This document shows, piece after piece, positions 30,926 to 39,156 of a stretch of DNA of 64,000 bases (its first letter is position 1; every line of letters starts with the position of its first letter). Origin of the DNA: Spirochaetia bacterium (GTDB taxonomy: Bacteria; Spirochaetota; Spirochaetia; UBA9216). The stretch lies in assembly GCA_965140585.1 (NCBI GenBank), contig OZ223270.1, positions 32,001-96,000 on the forward strand. The letters run 5' to 3'. The translations under genes and the position numbers were made by a program. A model generated the notes under the pieces. It was not told the DNA's origin. It made no database searches and saw only the letters and a program-made list of their open reading frames with translations.

Positions 30926-31840
30926 TTAAAGCTGCCCGAACTCCCGTTTCAGAGAAAGGTACATACCTTCACGAATCCACTTTGTAAGCGAAGCTTCGTT
31001 CACCAGGTCATAACCATGTGAAACCCTCGGCATGCTGTGCAGTTCTGTCGGCACTGCAAACTCCATCAGACGTTTTGCATAATCAATACCTTCATCACGA
31101 AGGGGATCATATTCACATGTCACAACAAATGCCGGAGGAAGTCCGTATAAATCACGAGCCAGAGCCGGCAGCGCATAATATGAGGGTGCAGAACCGTTAT
31201 AGCCGCCGAGATAGAGCTGTATCACATCAGAGAGGCCGTCTCCTTTTACCATCGGAGTTCCCTCATAAAGCATTTTTGCAGAATTCGTAACAGCTATACC
31301 GGACAGAACAGGAAAATTAAGAATCTGCATTTTTATCGCCGGACCTTTATGATCCCGAAGATACAGACACAAACCTGCGGCAAGACATCCGCCTGCACTG
31401 GTTCCGAAAACAGCAATATTATCCTTGTCGATACCGTAATGATCGGGATTTTCATAAGCGTGTTCGAGGACAGCCCGGCAGTCTTCGAGTGCGGAAGGAA
31501 AGATATGTTCAGGGGAAAGCCGATATTCAACTGATACAACAGTACAGTCCACGTTCATCGCAAATCCGGTACACCGATGATTATCGTTATCAAGATCGCC
31601 TGAAACAAACCCGCCGCCGTGAATATTTAAAAGCATTGGAGTTCTTCCAAGCCCCTTTCTTTTGTATATACGGATTTTCACATCAGGTGCGCCGTTCAGA
31701 CCGGGCACAGAGCTGTCGGTAATTTCGAGTTCTTCTGGTGCATTATAATCCCGGTACGGTGCAAGCTTTTTGAAAAGCTCGAGCTGATCTGTAGGTAAAT
31801 TAAACAGGATTTCATACCCTGGATGCGGAAATAGTTTCAT
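30926..31840 (-). CDS. HSL-family (family IV) esterase
   Basis: HGGGF, VEYRLSPEH.FP, GTSAGG, DPLRDEG, HGY; start at ATG 31840 preferred. Confidence 0.9.
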   Translation of the reverse strand: MKLFPHPGYEILFNLPTDQLELFKKLAPYRDYNAPEELEITDSSVPGLNGAPDVKIRIYKRKGLGRTPMLLNIHGGGFVSGDLDNDNHRCTGFAMNVDCTVVSVEYRLSPEHIFPSALEDCRAVLEHAYENPDHYGIDKDNIAVFGTSAGGCLAAGLCLYLRDHKGPAIKMQILNFPVLSGIAVTNSAKMLYEGTPMVKGDGLSDVIQLYLGGYNGSAPSYYALPALARDLYGLPPAFVVTCEYDPLRDEGIDYAKRLMEFAVPTELHSMPRVSHGYDLVNEASLTKWIREGMYLSLKREFGQL

Positions 31841-31884
31841 AACACTCAACTCCACTTCTAAAATAATTCGAGTGTACCTTTTTA

Positions 31885-31934
31885 AAATAGAAACAGAAAC
31901 AGTCGGGACCCCCCAGCCATGGTTGTCCCGACTG
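31885..31934 (-). terminator. Terminator-like hairpin after the 7-gene catabolic operon
   Basis: CAGTCGGGAC...GTCCCGACTG inverted repeat followed by a T-rich tail on the minus strand. Confidence 0.6.
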
Positions 31935-31952
31935 CTTAAAATTATTAATCGA

Positions 31953-32984
31953 TTAAAGTTCAAACATACATTTTACAGTTTCTTTTGCCTTGAAATCCTT
32001 GATTGCCTGTTCGGCCTCATCGAGTGAGTACCTCTTTGTAACCAAGGCTTCACCTGAAACCTTACCGGCTTCAAGCCAGCTCAGTCCCTTAATGAAATGT
32101 CTTTCAAGAAAGGCTACATCACCGTAGATAGTAATACCGCTTCTGATAGCCTTGATGGGCTGAAAATTCGATTCTGTATAAAGACCGAAACAGGAAACAC
32201 GGCCTTTTGCAGCAACCAGATCCAGCATATAATCCCAGACCTTTGGAGAACTTGCAGTCTCAATCAGAATATCGGCCCTCAGTCCGCCGGTAATCTTTTC
32301 AACAGCCTTTACAGGATCCTCATTACTTGCATTTACAATGTGAGTAGCCCCAAGTTCTTTGGCAAGTTCGAATCTCTTTGAATCAGGATCAAGACCGATG
32401 ATTATAATCTTTGCAACACCGGCAGACTTGAGTGCCTGAAGGTGTAGAAGACCAACTGTTCCTGGTCCAATGATAACCGCAGTTTCACCAATTTGAGGCT
32501 GTACATGTTCGAGCGAACGAACTACAAGACTCAAAGGCTCCATGATTGCAGCATCAACAAAGGAAATATTATCTGCAAGCGGGTGTATCAGCTGCGCAGG
32601 AAGTAGAACATACTCTGCGAAAGTACCGTCATAGGTAATACCAATGTGGTCCCAGTCTTCACACATGTTCTTGTTGCCTTTCCGGCAGTTAATACATACA
32701 CCGCATCCGCTTAATGCTTCAAATGCAACTCTCTGTCCGACTTCAAAGCCCTTCACACCGCGGCCAATCTCGGCAATAACACCTGAGCCTTCATGTCCCA
32801 TAATTACAGGAATAGGAACCGGTTTTCTTCCGGTGTATGTTGCATTCAGAATTGAAAAGTCACTATAGCACAGACCGGTTGCCTTAACCTGAACCAGTAC
32901 ATGGTTTTCGGTAACTTCAGGCTTAGGTACATCTTTTACTTCAAATACTCCAGGCTCTGCTGAAGTTTTAACTATCGCTTTCAT
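31953..32984 (-). CDS. Zn-dependent medium-chain polyol/cyclitol dehydrogenase (IolM/Tdh-like)
   Basis: GLCYSD, GHEGSG, CGVC.NC..G..NMC, G.FAEY, GPGTVG. Confidence 0.9.
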   Translation of the reverse strand: MKAIVKTSAEPGVFEVKDVPKPEVTENHVLVQVKATGLCYSDFSILNATYTGRKPVPIPVIMGHEGSGVIAEIGRGVKGFEVGQRVAFEALSGCGVCINCRKGNKNMCEDWDHIGITYDGTFAEYVLLPAQLIHPLADNISFVDAAIMEPLSLVVRSLEHVQPQIGETAVIIGPGTVGLLHLQALKSAGVAKIIIIGLDPDSKRFELAKELGATHIVNASNEDPVKAVEKITGGLRADILIETASSPKVWDYMLDLVAAKGRVSCFGLYTESNFQPIKAIRSGITIYGDVAFLERHFIKGLSWLEAGKVSGEALVTKRYSLDEAEQAIKDFKAKETVKCMFEL

Positions 32985-32997
32985 CTACACACTCCTA

Positions 32998-33966
32998 TCA
33001 GGATGGCCAGGCTATAGTCCAGATGTGCTTCCCTCCGGGCTGATCCGGACCCTTGAGAAGAGCTTCGATTTCTTCCTTGCTTCTCTGTGACATGTATTCG
33101 GCATCCGGAAGTTTACCTGCAGGAAATTTATCAAGTATATCGTTGTGAAGCTTAACTACGTAGTCACAGTATGCTTCGATGGCACCGAATGCTTTTTCAG
33201 CCTTTGCAAGTGAAGGCTTTCCAAGAACTCCTTCAGGATAAATAGCAAACTCTACTCCGCCGCCGCCGATAGCGCTCTGACCGGCCATTGGCATACCGTA
33301 TATGTCTCCGCCCTTGTCGATATGTCCCGGAGGCAGGAAGCCCCAGCATTCAGTATCAACAGCATGTTCCATCTGTATGAATTCTTCAAACAGGGCAAGA
33401 CAAACTGAGTTTTCAGCTTCATCACCGTGTCTGAAAGGAGTCTCAAACGGACCGCCGTGTTCTTTGTCCATCATTGCCTGACCAGAAATTTTCCATACAT
33501 CCATGAAAAAGATCATTGCCGGAAGCTGATATTTCTTTGCCCATTCCTGCATAGCTGAAGGAATGATATATTCCTGGCCGTGGCTGCTCATGAGGATCAT
33601 CTTTCTGAAACCTGCATTCCAGTAACCTGAGATTATCTGGCGTACAAGAGCAGAGTTTACATCGTCTGAGATAGGCACTGTAAATTTCTGACCGAGGTGT
33701 GAGAACGGATGAGAAGCGTACCACATTGGTTCTGCAACTGTACATCCGGTTTTTTCTGCAATCATTTCACACATTCGTGTAACGATGAATACGTCTTCGC
33801 CCATCGGCTGTGAATCGCCGTGGTTTTCAGTTGAACCGAAAGGAATAAGGATAACATCGTTAACCTTGAGTCTTTCTTCAAGTTCTCTTTTTGTCATAGT
33901 CTGATAATAAATTTTATCAGTACTTTCCATTTTTCCGCCTTTGCGCGGAAGGTCCCAATTACCCAT
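32998..33966 (-). CDS. iolN: Creatininase-family ring-cleaving hydrolase, close to 3-dehydro-scyllo-inosose hydrolase
   Basis: YQTMT, GSTENHG..P.GED, TGCTVAEP.WY, WN.GFRK, HGQE, GGP.ETPF.H.DE, GHIDK.G, YPEGV.GK, FPAGKLP.AE..SQR match Thermotoga IolN as recalled; the substrate may differ. Confidence 0.85.
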   Translation of the reverse strand: MGNWDLPRKGGKMESTDKIYYQTMTKRELEERLKVNDVILIPFGSTENHGDSQPMGEDVFIVTRMCEMIAEKTGCTVAEPMWYASHPFSHLGQKFTVPISDDVNSALVRQIISGYWNAGFRKMILMSSHGQEYIIPSAMQEWAKKYQLPAMIFFMDVWKISGQAMMDKEHGGPFETPFRHGDEAENSVCLALFEEFIQMEHAVDTECWGFLPPGHIDKGGDIYGMPMAGQSAIGGGGVEFAIYPEGVLGKPSLAKAEKAFGAIEAYCDYVVKLHNDILDKFPAGKLPDAEYMSQRSKEEIEALLKGPDQPGGKHIWTIAWPS

Positions 33967-33976
33967 TATTTTCTCC

Positions 33977-34342
33977 TTATCCGTCTATTCTGTGGCTTGG
34001 AAGCTGAGGTGCGTAGATCCATACGAATCTTAATGTTTCTTCACCTGTGTTGAGGATCTTGTGCTTTCCTCCCGGCGGATTGTAAACACACACACCCGGC
34101 TCCAGAGGTATTTCCTGATCTTCTGTTACGAAAACGCCTCTGCCTGCTACAAAGAACATTACTTCTTCTTCAACGTTATGTTCATGCTCAGGGACCTGAC
34201 TGCCTGCAGGTGTTTCATTAACACCAACTGCAAGGTTCTGAGCGCCTACTGTTTTTTCTGAAACCAGTGTCCAAGATGTTCTTGCCGGTTCTCTTTTTAC
34301 CGGAGTTACATCTTTAATGTTAACTGCTATAGTTTTAGCCAT
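33977..34342 (-). CDS. Cupin domain protein
   Basis: PEHEH..EE and PPGGKH.I.N metal-binding cupin motifs. Confidence 0.9.
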   Translation of the reverse strand: MAKTIAVNIKDVTPVKREPARTSWTLVSEKTVGAQNLAVGVNETPAGSQVPEHEHNVEEEVMFFVAGRGVFVTEDQEIPLEPGVCVYNPPGGKHKILNTGEETLRFVWIYAPQLPSHRIDG

Positions 34343-34360
34343 ATTTCCTCCAAAAAATCT

Positions 34361-35119
34361 TTAAGCTATATATATTCCGCCGTTTACATCCAGCGCTACA
34401 CCCGTAATCCAGTCGGACTGTTCCGAGGCCAGAAACATAACTGACATTGCTACATCTTCCGGCGTTCCGTCCTTTATAATCTTTCTGCCTTCATTCCATA
34501 TTTCGAATACCTCAGGCGGCACCTGCTTTGTAAGCTCCGTCATTATTGGTCCGGGATTGATTGCATTCACATATATACCATCAGGCCCGAGCTCTCCGGC
34601 CAGACACTTTGTAAGCCCCATAACACCGGCTTTTGAACCGGCATAGTTACAGCCTACTTTCCGTGCTGTTTCTCCGCCGAGCGAGGCCATGTTGACAATC
34701 TTGCCTCGGCCCTTCTTTTTCATTACCGGAGTGACCTCACGGCACATCAGAAAGGTTCCGGTAAGATTTACATCCACAACCGAAGTAAAATCTTCAAGAC
34801 TCAGTTCGTTGATAGGCTTGTGCTTGAGGATCCCCGCAACGTTTACAAGAATATCAATTTCGCCGAACTTACCGGTTACTTTTTCCACAGCAGCCTTTAC
34901 ATCTGCTTCGTCTGTTACATTCACTTTGCAGCAGATTGTTCGCTTCCCTTCCGGGTCGAACTCTGCGGCAAGGGCTTCTGCACCCTCGGTATTCATATCG
35001 AGAAGAGCGAGGCTTGCACCAGCTTCCAGCATCATTCTGGCTATACTGCCGCCGATACCCCTTGAAGCACCTGTAACAACACAGACTCTTCCATTAAAAT
35101 CGTATTTACAATCCGCCAT
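34361..35119 (-). CDS. SDR family oxidoreductase
   Basis: TGASRGIG, LVNVAGI, YAGSK, DVNGG; acidic residue after beta-2 (LLD) suggests NAD. Confidence 0.92.
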   Translation of the reverse strand: MADCKYDFNGRVCVVTGASRGIGGSIARMMLEAGASLALLDMNTEGAEALAAEFDPEGKRTICCKVNVTDEADVKAAVEKVTGKFGEIDILVNVAGILKHKPINELSLEDFTSVVDVNLTGTFLMCREVTPVMKKKGRGKIVNMASLGGETARKVGCNYAGSKAGVMGLTKCLAGELGPDGIYVNAINPGPIMTELTKQVPPEVFEIWNEGRKIIKDGTPEDVAMSVMFLASEQSDWITGVALDVNGGIYIA

Positions 35120-35120
35120 T

Positions 35121-36851
35121 TTAGAAAATGTCCTCCTGTATTTTCACATCCCATATAGCATCCATCTCAGCCTTGCTCACATCAAATACGGTGTTAAAAG
35201 GCGGGAGAGGTTCTTCTCTCATAAACTCGGGAATATCACACATGTTTGAATCAATACCGGCCTTTTCATTGAATTCACGCTCAACATTGAGGCAGTCAAT
35301 AAACATCTTCTGAACATCCTTAAAAGTAAGTGTCCATCCGTATCGGGCATTGAGAAGTCTTGCGGCAAGTTCAGGATCCTTTACAAAGGCTGGTCTCAGA
35401 AAAAGACATACGCCGAAACTGTCTAAGAGAGCACCCCTTACCTGAAGTCTGTATGATATTGCAACCTGGCCTTCAGTACCTCTCGGATCCAGATATTTCA
35501 CTGTTTCAAGGGTATTTCCAGCAGTATGATCCGCGCCCATCGGCGACATTGCGTAGGTTACACCGATGCCCTTCAGGGATCTCGGGTCATAGGCAGGCAT
35601 TGCCTGGCCCTTCGTAGCAGGGATTCTTGTTATACCGAGAACCTTTCCGGTTGCTACCGCTCCTGAACCGATTATACGTCCGAATGGTGTTCCCTGACCG
35701 ACCTGACGAAGAAGGTCCTTGGCGCCTTCGGAGTCACCGAACTCAAGCAGTCCTGCCTCCATGGCAATGCCGACGGCCGCACCGCCGTCTATGGCATCAA
35801 TACCTACCTCGTTTGCAAGGTCGTTAAGGATGGCAATTTCATCAATGTCACCGATTCCGCAGTTTGATCCCAGAAGAGCGATGTTTTCATACTGAAGAGA
35901 AGCAACGTGAGCCTTTCCATCCGGGTCGGGAAAAATGTTTGAGCACTGAATCATGCAGCCCATAACGCAGGGAAGTCCGCGTTTGCCTTCACCGCCACGG
36001 CTGACTATAAGTTCGGCGACCTTATCTCCGTTAATTTCATCAGCCAGTTCAAAACTGCCTGAACTGAAATTCCTGGTCGGAAGTATGCCTATCGCATTAC
36101 ATGTTCCAAGTACTGCAGGAGTACCGAATTCATGTCTGTTATCAGTTTTGGGATCTGCCTTGATAATTGCGGCAACTTCACGTACTGCAGCCTTGAAAGC
36201 ATCCGGATCCGCAAGCGCATCAGGCTTTGCTCCGGCGTCATCAAAAACAACCGCCTTCACACCCTTCGCTCCCATTACAGCACCAAGACCGCCCCTTCCG
36301 GCAGTTCTCAGCTGCAGGCCGGTATGATCGGTGGTTGCAACAACTGCGGCACCAAGTTTATATTCACCGGCAGGTCCGATACAGAGAACTCCGACCTTAT
36401 CGCCGTATTCTTCTTTAAGAACCTTGATTGTCGGACTGGCTTCCATCCATTTAAGTTCCGGTTTTTCAACAAGAACTGCTGAATCATTTTTAACAACAAG
36501 AACATAGCACTTGCTGCTTTCAGGTACATCTTCAAGGATAACAGCCTTTATGCCCATCCGGCCCATTCTTCTGCCGACCAGACCACCGACATTGCTCTCT
36601 TTGACACCACCTGTCAGCGGGCTTTTACCGCCGATGGAAAGCCTTCCAGCTGTTGTCAGATTTGTATCTCCGAGAAGTCCGGTTGCTATAATCAGATGAT
36701 TTTTACGGCCGAGCGGATCACAGCCCGGATCAACTTCTCTCATCAGGTGGTTTGCTATAAACGACCTGCCGCCTTCATGCATTTCTTCTTCTGTCGGTTT
36801 CACAAAACGGATATTACCTGTTCTTGTATCTACCCTTAGAATCTTGTTCAT
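35121..36851 (-). CDS. Aldehyde:ferredoxin oxidoreductase family (W/Mo-pterin)
   Basis: KSPLTGG.KESN.GG, IGPAGE, GRGGLGAVMG.K, C..GC.I.C, YDPR, GADHT, DSFGVCLF. Confidence 0.92.
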   Translation of the reverse strand: MNKILRVDTRTGNIRFVKPTEEEMHEGGRSFIANHLMREVDPGCDPLGRKNHLIIATGLLGDTNLTTAGRLSIGGKSPLTGGVKESNVGGLVGRRMGRMGIKAVILEDVPESSKCYVLVVKNDSAVLVEKPELKWMEASPTIKVLKEEYGDKVGVLCIGPAGEYKLGAAVVATTDHTGLQLRTAGRGGLGAVMGAKGVKAVVFDDAGAKPDALADPDAFKAAVREVAAIIKADPKTDNRHEFGTPAVLGTCNAIGILPTRNFSSGSFELADEINGDKVAELIVSRGGEGKRGLPCVMGCMIQCSNIFPDPDGKAHVASLQYENIALLGSNCGIGDIDEIAILNDLANEVGIDAIDGGAAVGIAMEAGLLEFGDSEGAKDLLRQVGQGTPFGRIIGSGAVATGKVLGITRIPATKGQAMPAYDPRSLKGIGVTYAMSPMGADHTAGNTLETVKYLDPRGTEGQVAISYRLQVRGALLDSFGVCLFLRPAFVKDPELAARLLNARYGWTLTFKDVQKMFIDCLNVEREFNEKAGIDSNMCDIPEFMREEPLPPFNTVFDVSKAEMDAIWDVKIQEDIF

Positions 36852-36855
36852 TGAA

Positions 36856-37905
36856 TTAAACCCCGTTTCCTAACTGAAAGTTTATACTTTTTTCTTTCAG
36901 CAGTTTATTTACGGACTCAATTACACCGTCATCGACCTGAATGCCGTTCTCAAGTGAATTACGTTCCTTATCTGCTTCTATTTCGCCGGGCATGTAGATT
37001 TTATCAACACCGTCGGCTTTTTTAGATGATTTGATTCCATCAATATAGTCTTTTATCATCACCTCAAACTTATTATTATCAATGAACCTTGAGATATCAA
37101 CTGCAATTGCTGAAAAACCCACACCTGTTGGCCCGAGCGGCTTGTGGAATGTCTTAACATCCTTTCCGAAGCTTGAACCGGCGACCAGGCCGCAGAGCAT
37201 ATCAATGAACAGAGCCATACCATAGCCCTTTGGCCCTCCGACCGGCATAAGAGTACCTGCCATTGCAGCTTCCGGATCAGTTGTGCTCACTCCGTCGGCA
37301 TCAAAAGCCCAGCCCTCGGGAATCGGCTCATTCATTCTGAGTGCTCTTCGTATTTTTCCACGGGCAACAAGGCTTGTGGACATATCAAGAGCTATAGGAT
37401 AGTTATCGGCTGCGGGTGCAGCAATTGAAAAGGGGTTGGTTCCAAACATAGCCTCGGCTCCGCCCCAGGGTGCCATTGCAGGTGCGCTGTTACACATGCA
37501 GATACCAAGCATTCCCCTGTTCGCGGCCATCAGGCTGTAATGCCCCAGCAAGCCTACATGATTGGTATTCCTGAGCATGCACATTCCTATTCCGAACTTA
37601 CCGGCTTTTTCGATGGCCAGATTCATAGCAGCTTCAGCCGCAGTCTGTCCGATTCCGTTTCCGCCGTCTATATGCGCGATGGCAGCATCGTTTGTTATCT
37701 CTGTGATATTTGTGGGAACCTGAACCAGTCCGGATTCGATCCGCTGCAGAAGCATCGGCAGAAAGTACAGCCCATGTGTGGCAATACCCTTTGAATCTGC
37801 CTCTATCATTATTCGGGAAACTGTTTCCTGTTCAGACTCGCCGGCTCCGTATGCGGCAAGCAGCAGAGAAATAGTCTTGGCAAGATCTTCTTTTTTTACT
37901 TTCAT
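36856..37905 (-). CDS. Ldh_2 (type 2 malate/L-lactate/2-hydroxyacid dehydrogenase) family
   Basis: GIATHG, DGGNGIG, NHVG, GTNP, LDMSTS, GGPKGYG, PGE; start at ATG 37905. Confidence 0.9.
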   Translation of the reverse strand: MKVKKEDLAKTISLLLAAYGAGESEQETVSRIMIEADSKGIATHGLYFLPMLLQRIESGLVQVPTNITEITNDAAIAHIDGGNGIGQTAAEAAMNLAIEKAGKFGIGMCMLRNTNHVGLLGHYSLMAANRGMLGICMCNSAPAMAPWGGAEAMFGTNPFSIAAPAADNYPIALDMSTSLVARGKIRRALRMNEPIPEGWAFDADGVSTTDPEAAMAGTLMPVGGPKGYGMALFIDMLCGLVAGSSFGKDVKTFHKPLGPTGVGFSAIAVDISRFIDNNKFEVMIKDYIDGIKSSKKADGVDKIYMPGEIEADKERNSLENGIQVDDGVIESVNKLLKEKSINFQLGNGV

Positions 37906-37906
37906 T

Positions 37907-38578
37907 TTATTCCTCGATAAGGCCAAGGCGCTCAAAGACAGCGTCAAGCTTGTTTACAATTACACCGGGAGTTCCGGTTCCGAGGATTTCAGCTTTTTCG
38001 ATCTCTTTCTGAACTCTCTTCTGAGAAGCCTCAAGAACCTCTTCCATTCTTTCTCTTGGAACGATTACAAGTCCGTCATCATCTCCGAGAACCAGGTCGC
38101 CCGGATTTACAATTTCCCCGCCGAAAATAATCGGTTTATTTACAGAACCAAGCTGAGCCTTGACTGTTCCGCGTATACAAATCTGTCTTGAAAAAATCGG
38201 GAACCCCATTTCTATGATTTCTTCGCTGTCTCTGATTCCCCCGTCGATTACAAGGCCTGCAATACCTCTGGCTACAGCAGAACCTGCCATCAGACCGCCG
38301 AAGTATCCGGCATTATAAAAAGCTTGAGTAGTTGAAATTATTACATCACCGGGTTTTGCCACCTGGATGGCCTTGTGAAGCATCAAATTATCGTTGGCTT
38401 TGCATTCAACAGTGATTGCAGGGCCGCAGATCTTCATTCCCTTTGCAATTGGTTTAATTGCAGGGTCAACAGAACCCTTTCTGCCTGAAGCTTCATAAAC
38501 AGTTGCAGAAGCCTGCTCTTTGTATTTTTCAATCAGTTCTTTATCCGGTCTCTCGATGTTAGTATAAACATGTGCCAT
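37907..38578 (-). CDS. HMG/CHA aldolase (LigK/GalC-type RraA family)
   Basis: 223 aa with the N- and C-terminal extensions of LigK; ATVYEA.GR.G, DNLMLH, GYFG, IDGGIRD, GTVK..LGSVN.P, GDDDG. Confidence 0.85.
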   Translation of the reverse strand: MAHVYTNIERPDKELIEKYKEQASATVYEASGRKGSVDPAIKPIAKGMKICGPAITVECKANDNLMLHKAIQVAKPGDVIISTTQAFYNAGYFGGLMAGSAVARGIAGLVIDGGIRDSEEIIEMGFPIFSRQICIRGTVKAQLGSVNKPIIFGGEIVNPGDLVLGDDDGLVIVPRERMEEVLEASQKRVQKEIEKAEILGTGTPGVIVNKLDAVFERLGLIEE

Positions 38579-38681
38579 TCTTTATCTCCTAATCGTAAAA
38601 GATGAGCAGAACAGCCTCGAAGGCAGAAAATAAAGACACTGCCAGCGAGGAATAACTTCTACACAATCAGATTATAATCTC

Positions 38682-38709
38682 ATTATAACTCAGATATTCT
38701 AATTGTCAA
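38682..38709 (-). promoter_or_regulatory. Sigma70-type promoter of the catabolic operon
   Basis: Minus-strand TTGACA (38704-38709) N16 TATAAT (38682-38687); palindrome AGATTATAATCT at 38669-38680 lies immediately downstream. Confidence 0.65.
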
Positions 38710-38781
38710 CCGCAAACTGTCCTACTTAATACTTTTACTATAATCTAATTATATTCTATTCTTCATGAACTGGATTACAGC

Positions 38782-39090
38782 CTACTTAACCTCGGAGTCA
38801 TCACCGTAATTCCCGTTATTATTACAGAACATCAGTGATTTAACACTCTTTTCTGTCAGCAACCTGATACAGAGGATTTGCATCCTTTCCGATGCGTATA
38901 AACTTCCGAAAATATTTATCCTCATCAGCCATATGCTTTTTAAGCACTTCCAGCTCCATTCCCTCACCGTAAAAACCTATCAGGCAGGCAGGAAATTAGC
39001 CTCCGCTATGGAAAATGACGGAAGATACACGGTAGCAGCGACATTCATCGTAAGGATTTTCGAATAATATTCACATTTAATTCTGGCCAT
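38782..39090 (-). pseudogene. Esterase (tributyrin-esterase-like) remnant
   Basis: GGAG RBS + MARIKCEYYSKILTMNVAATVYLP, typical of the family N-terminus, then an early stop. Confidence 0.5.
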
Positions 39091-39156
39091 TGATATACTC
39101 CGGGAACTTTATCAAAATAATGATGATTATTCCGAGGGAACTTCCGGACATTGGAT

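Noticed and set aside
29760-30930. Terminal inverted repeats and target duplication of the IS remnant
   Set aside because: No convincing IR pair found by eye; the element is too degraded
31953-33966. Reading the Zn-dehydrogenase + IolN pair as the standard Thermotoga myo-inositol pathway
   Set aside because: No IolG, kinase, sugar ABC transporter or uronate genes; the partners (CHA aldolase, AOR, Ldh_2, carboxylate TRAP) point to a carboxylated substrate, though inositol use is not formally excluded
37907-38578. RNase E inhibitor RraA or a protocatechuate meta-cleavage cluster
   Set aside because: Length and motifs match LigK-type aldolases rather than ~160-aa RraA; no dioxygenase, LigI or LigJ genes present
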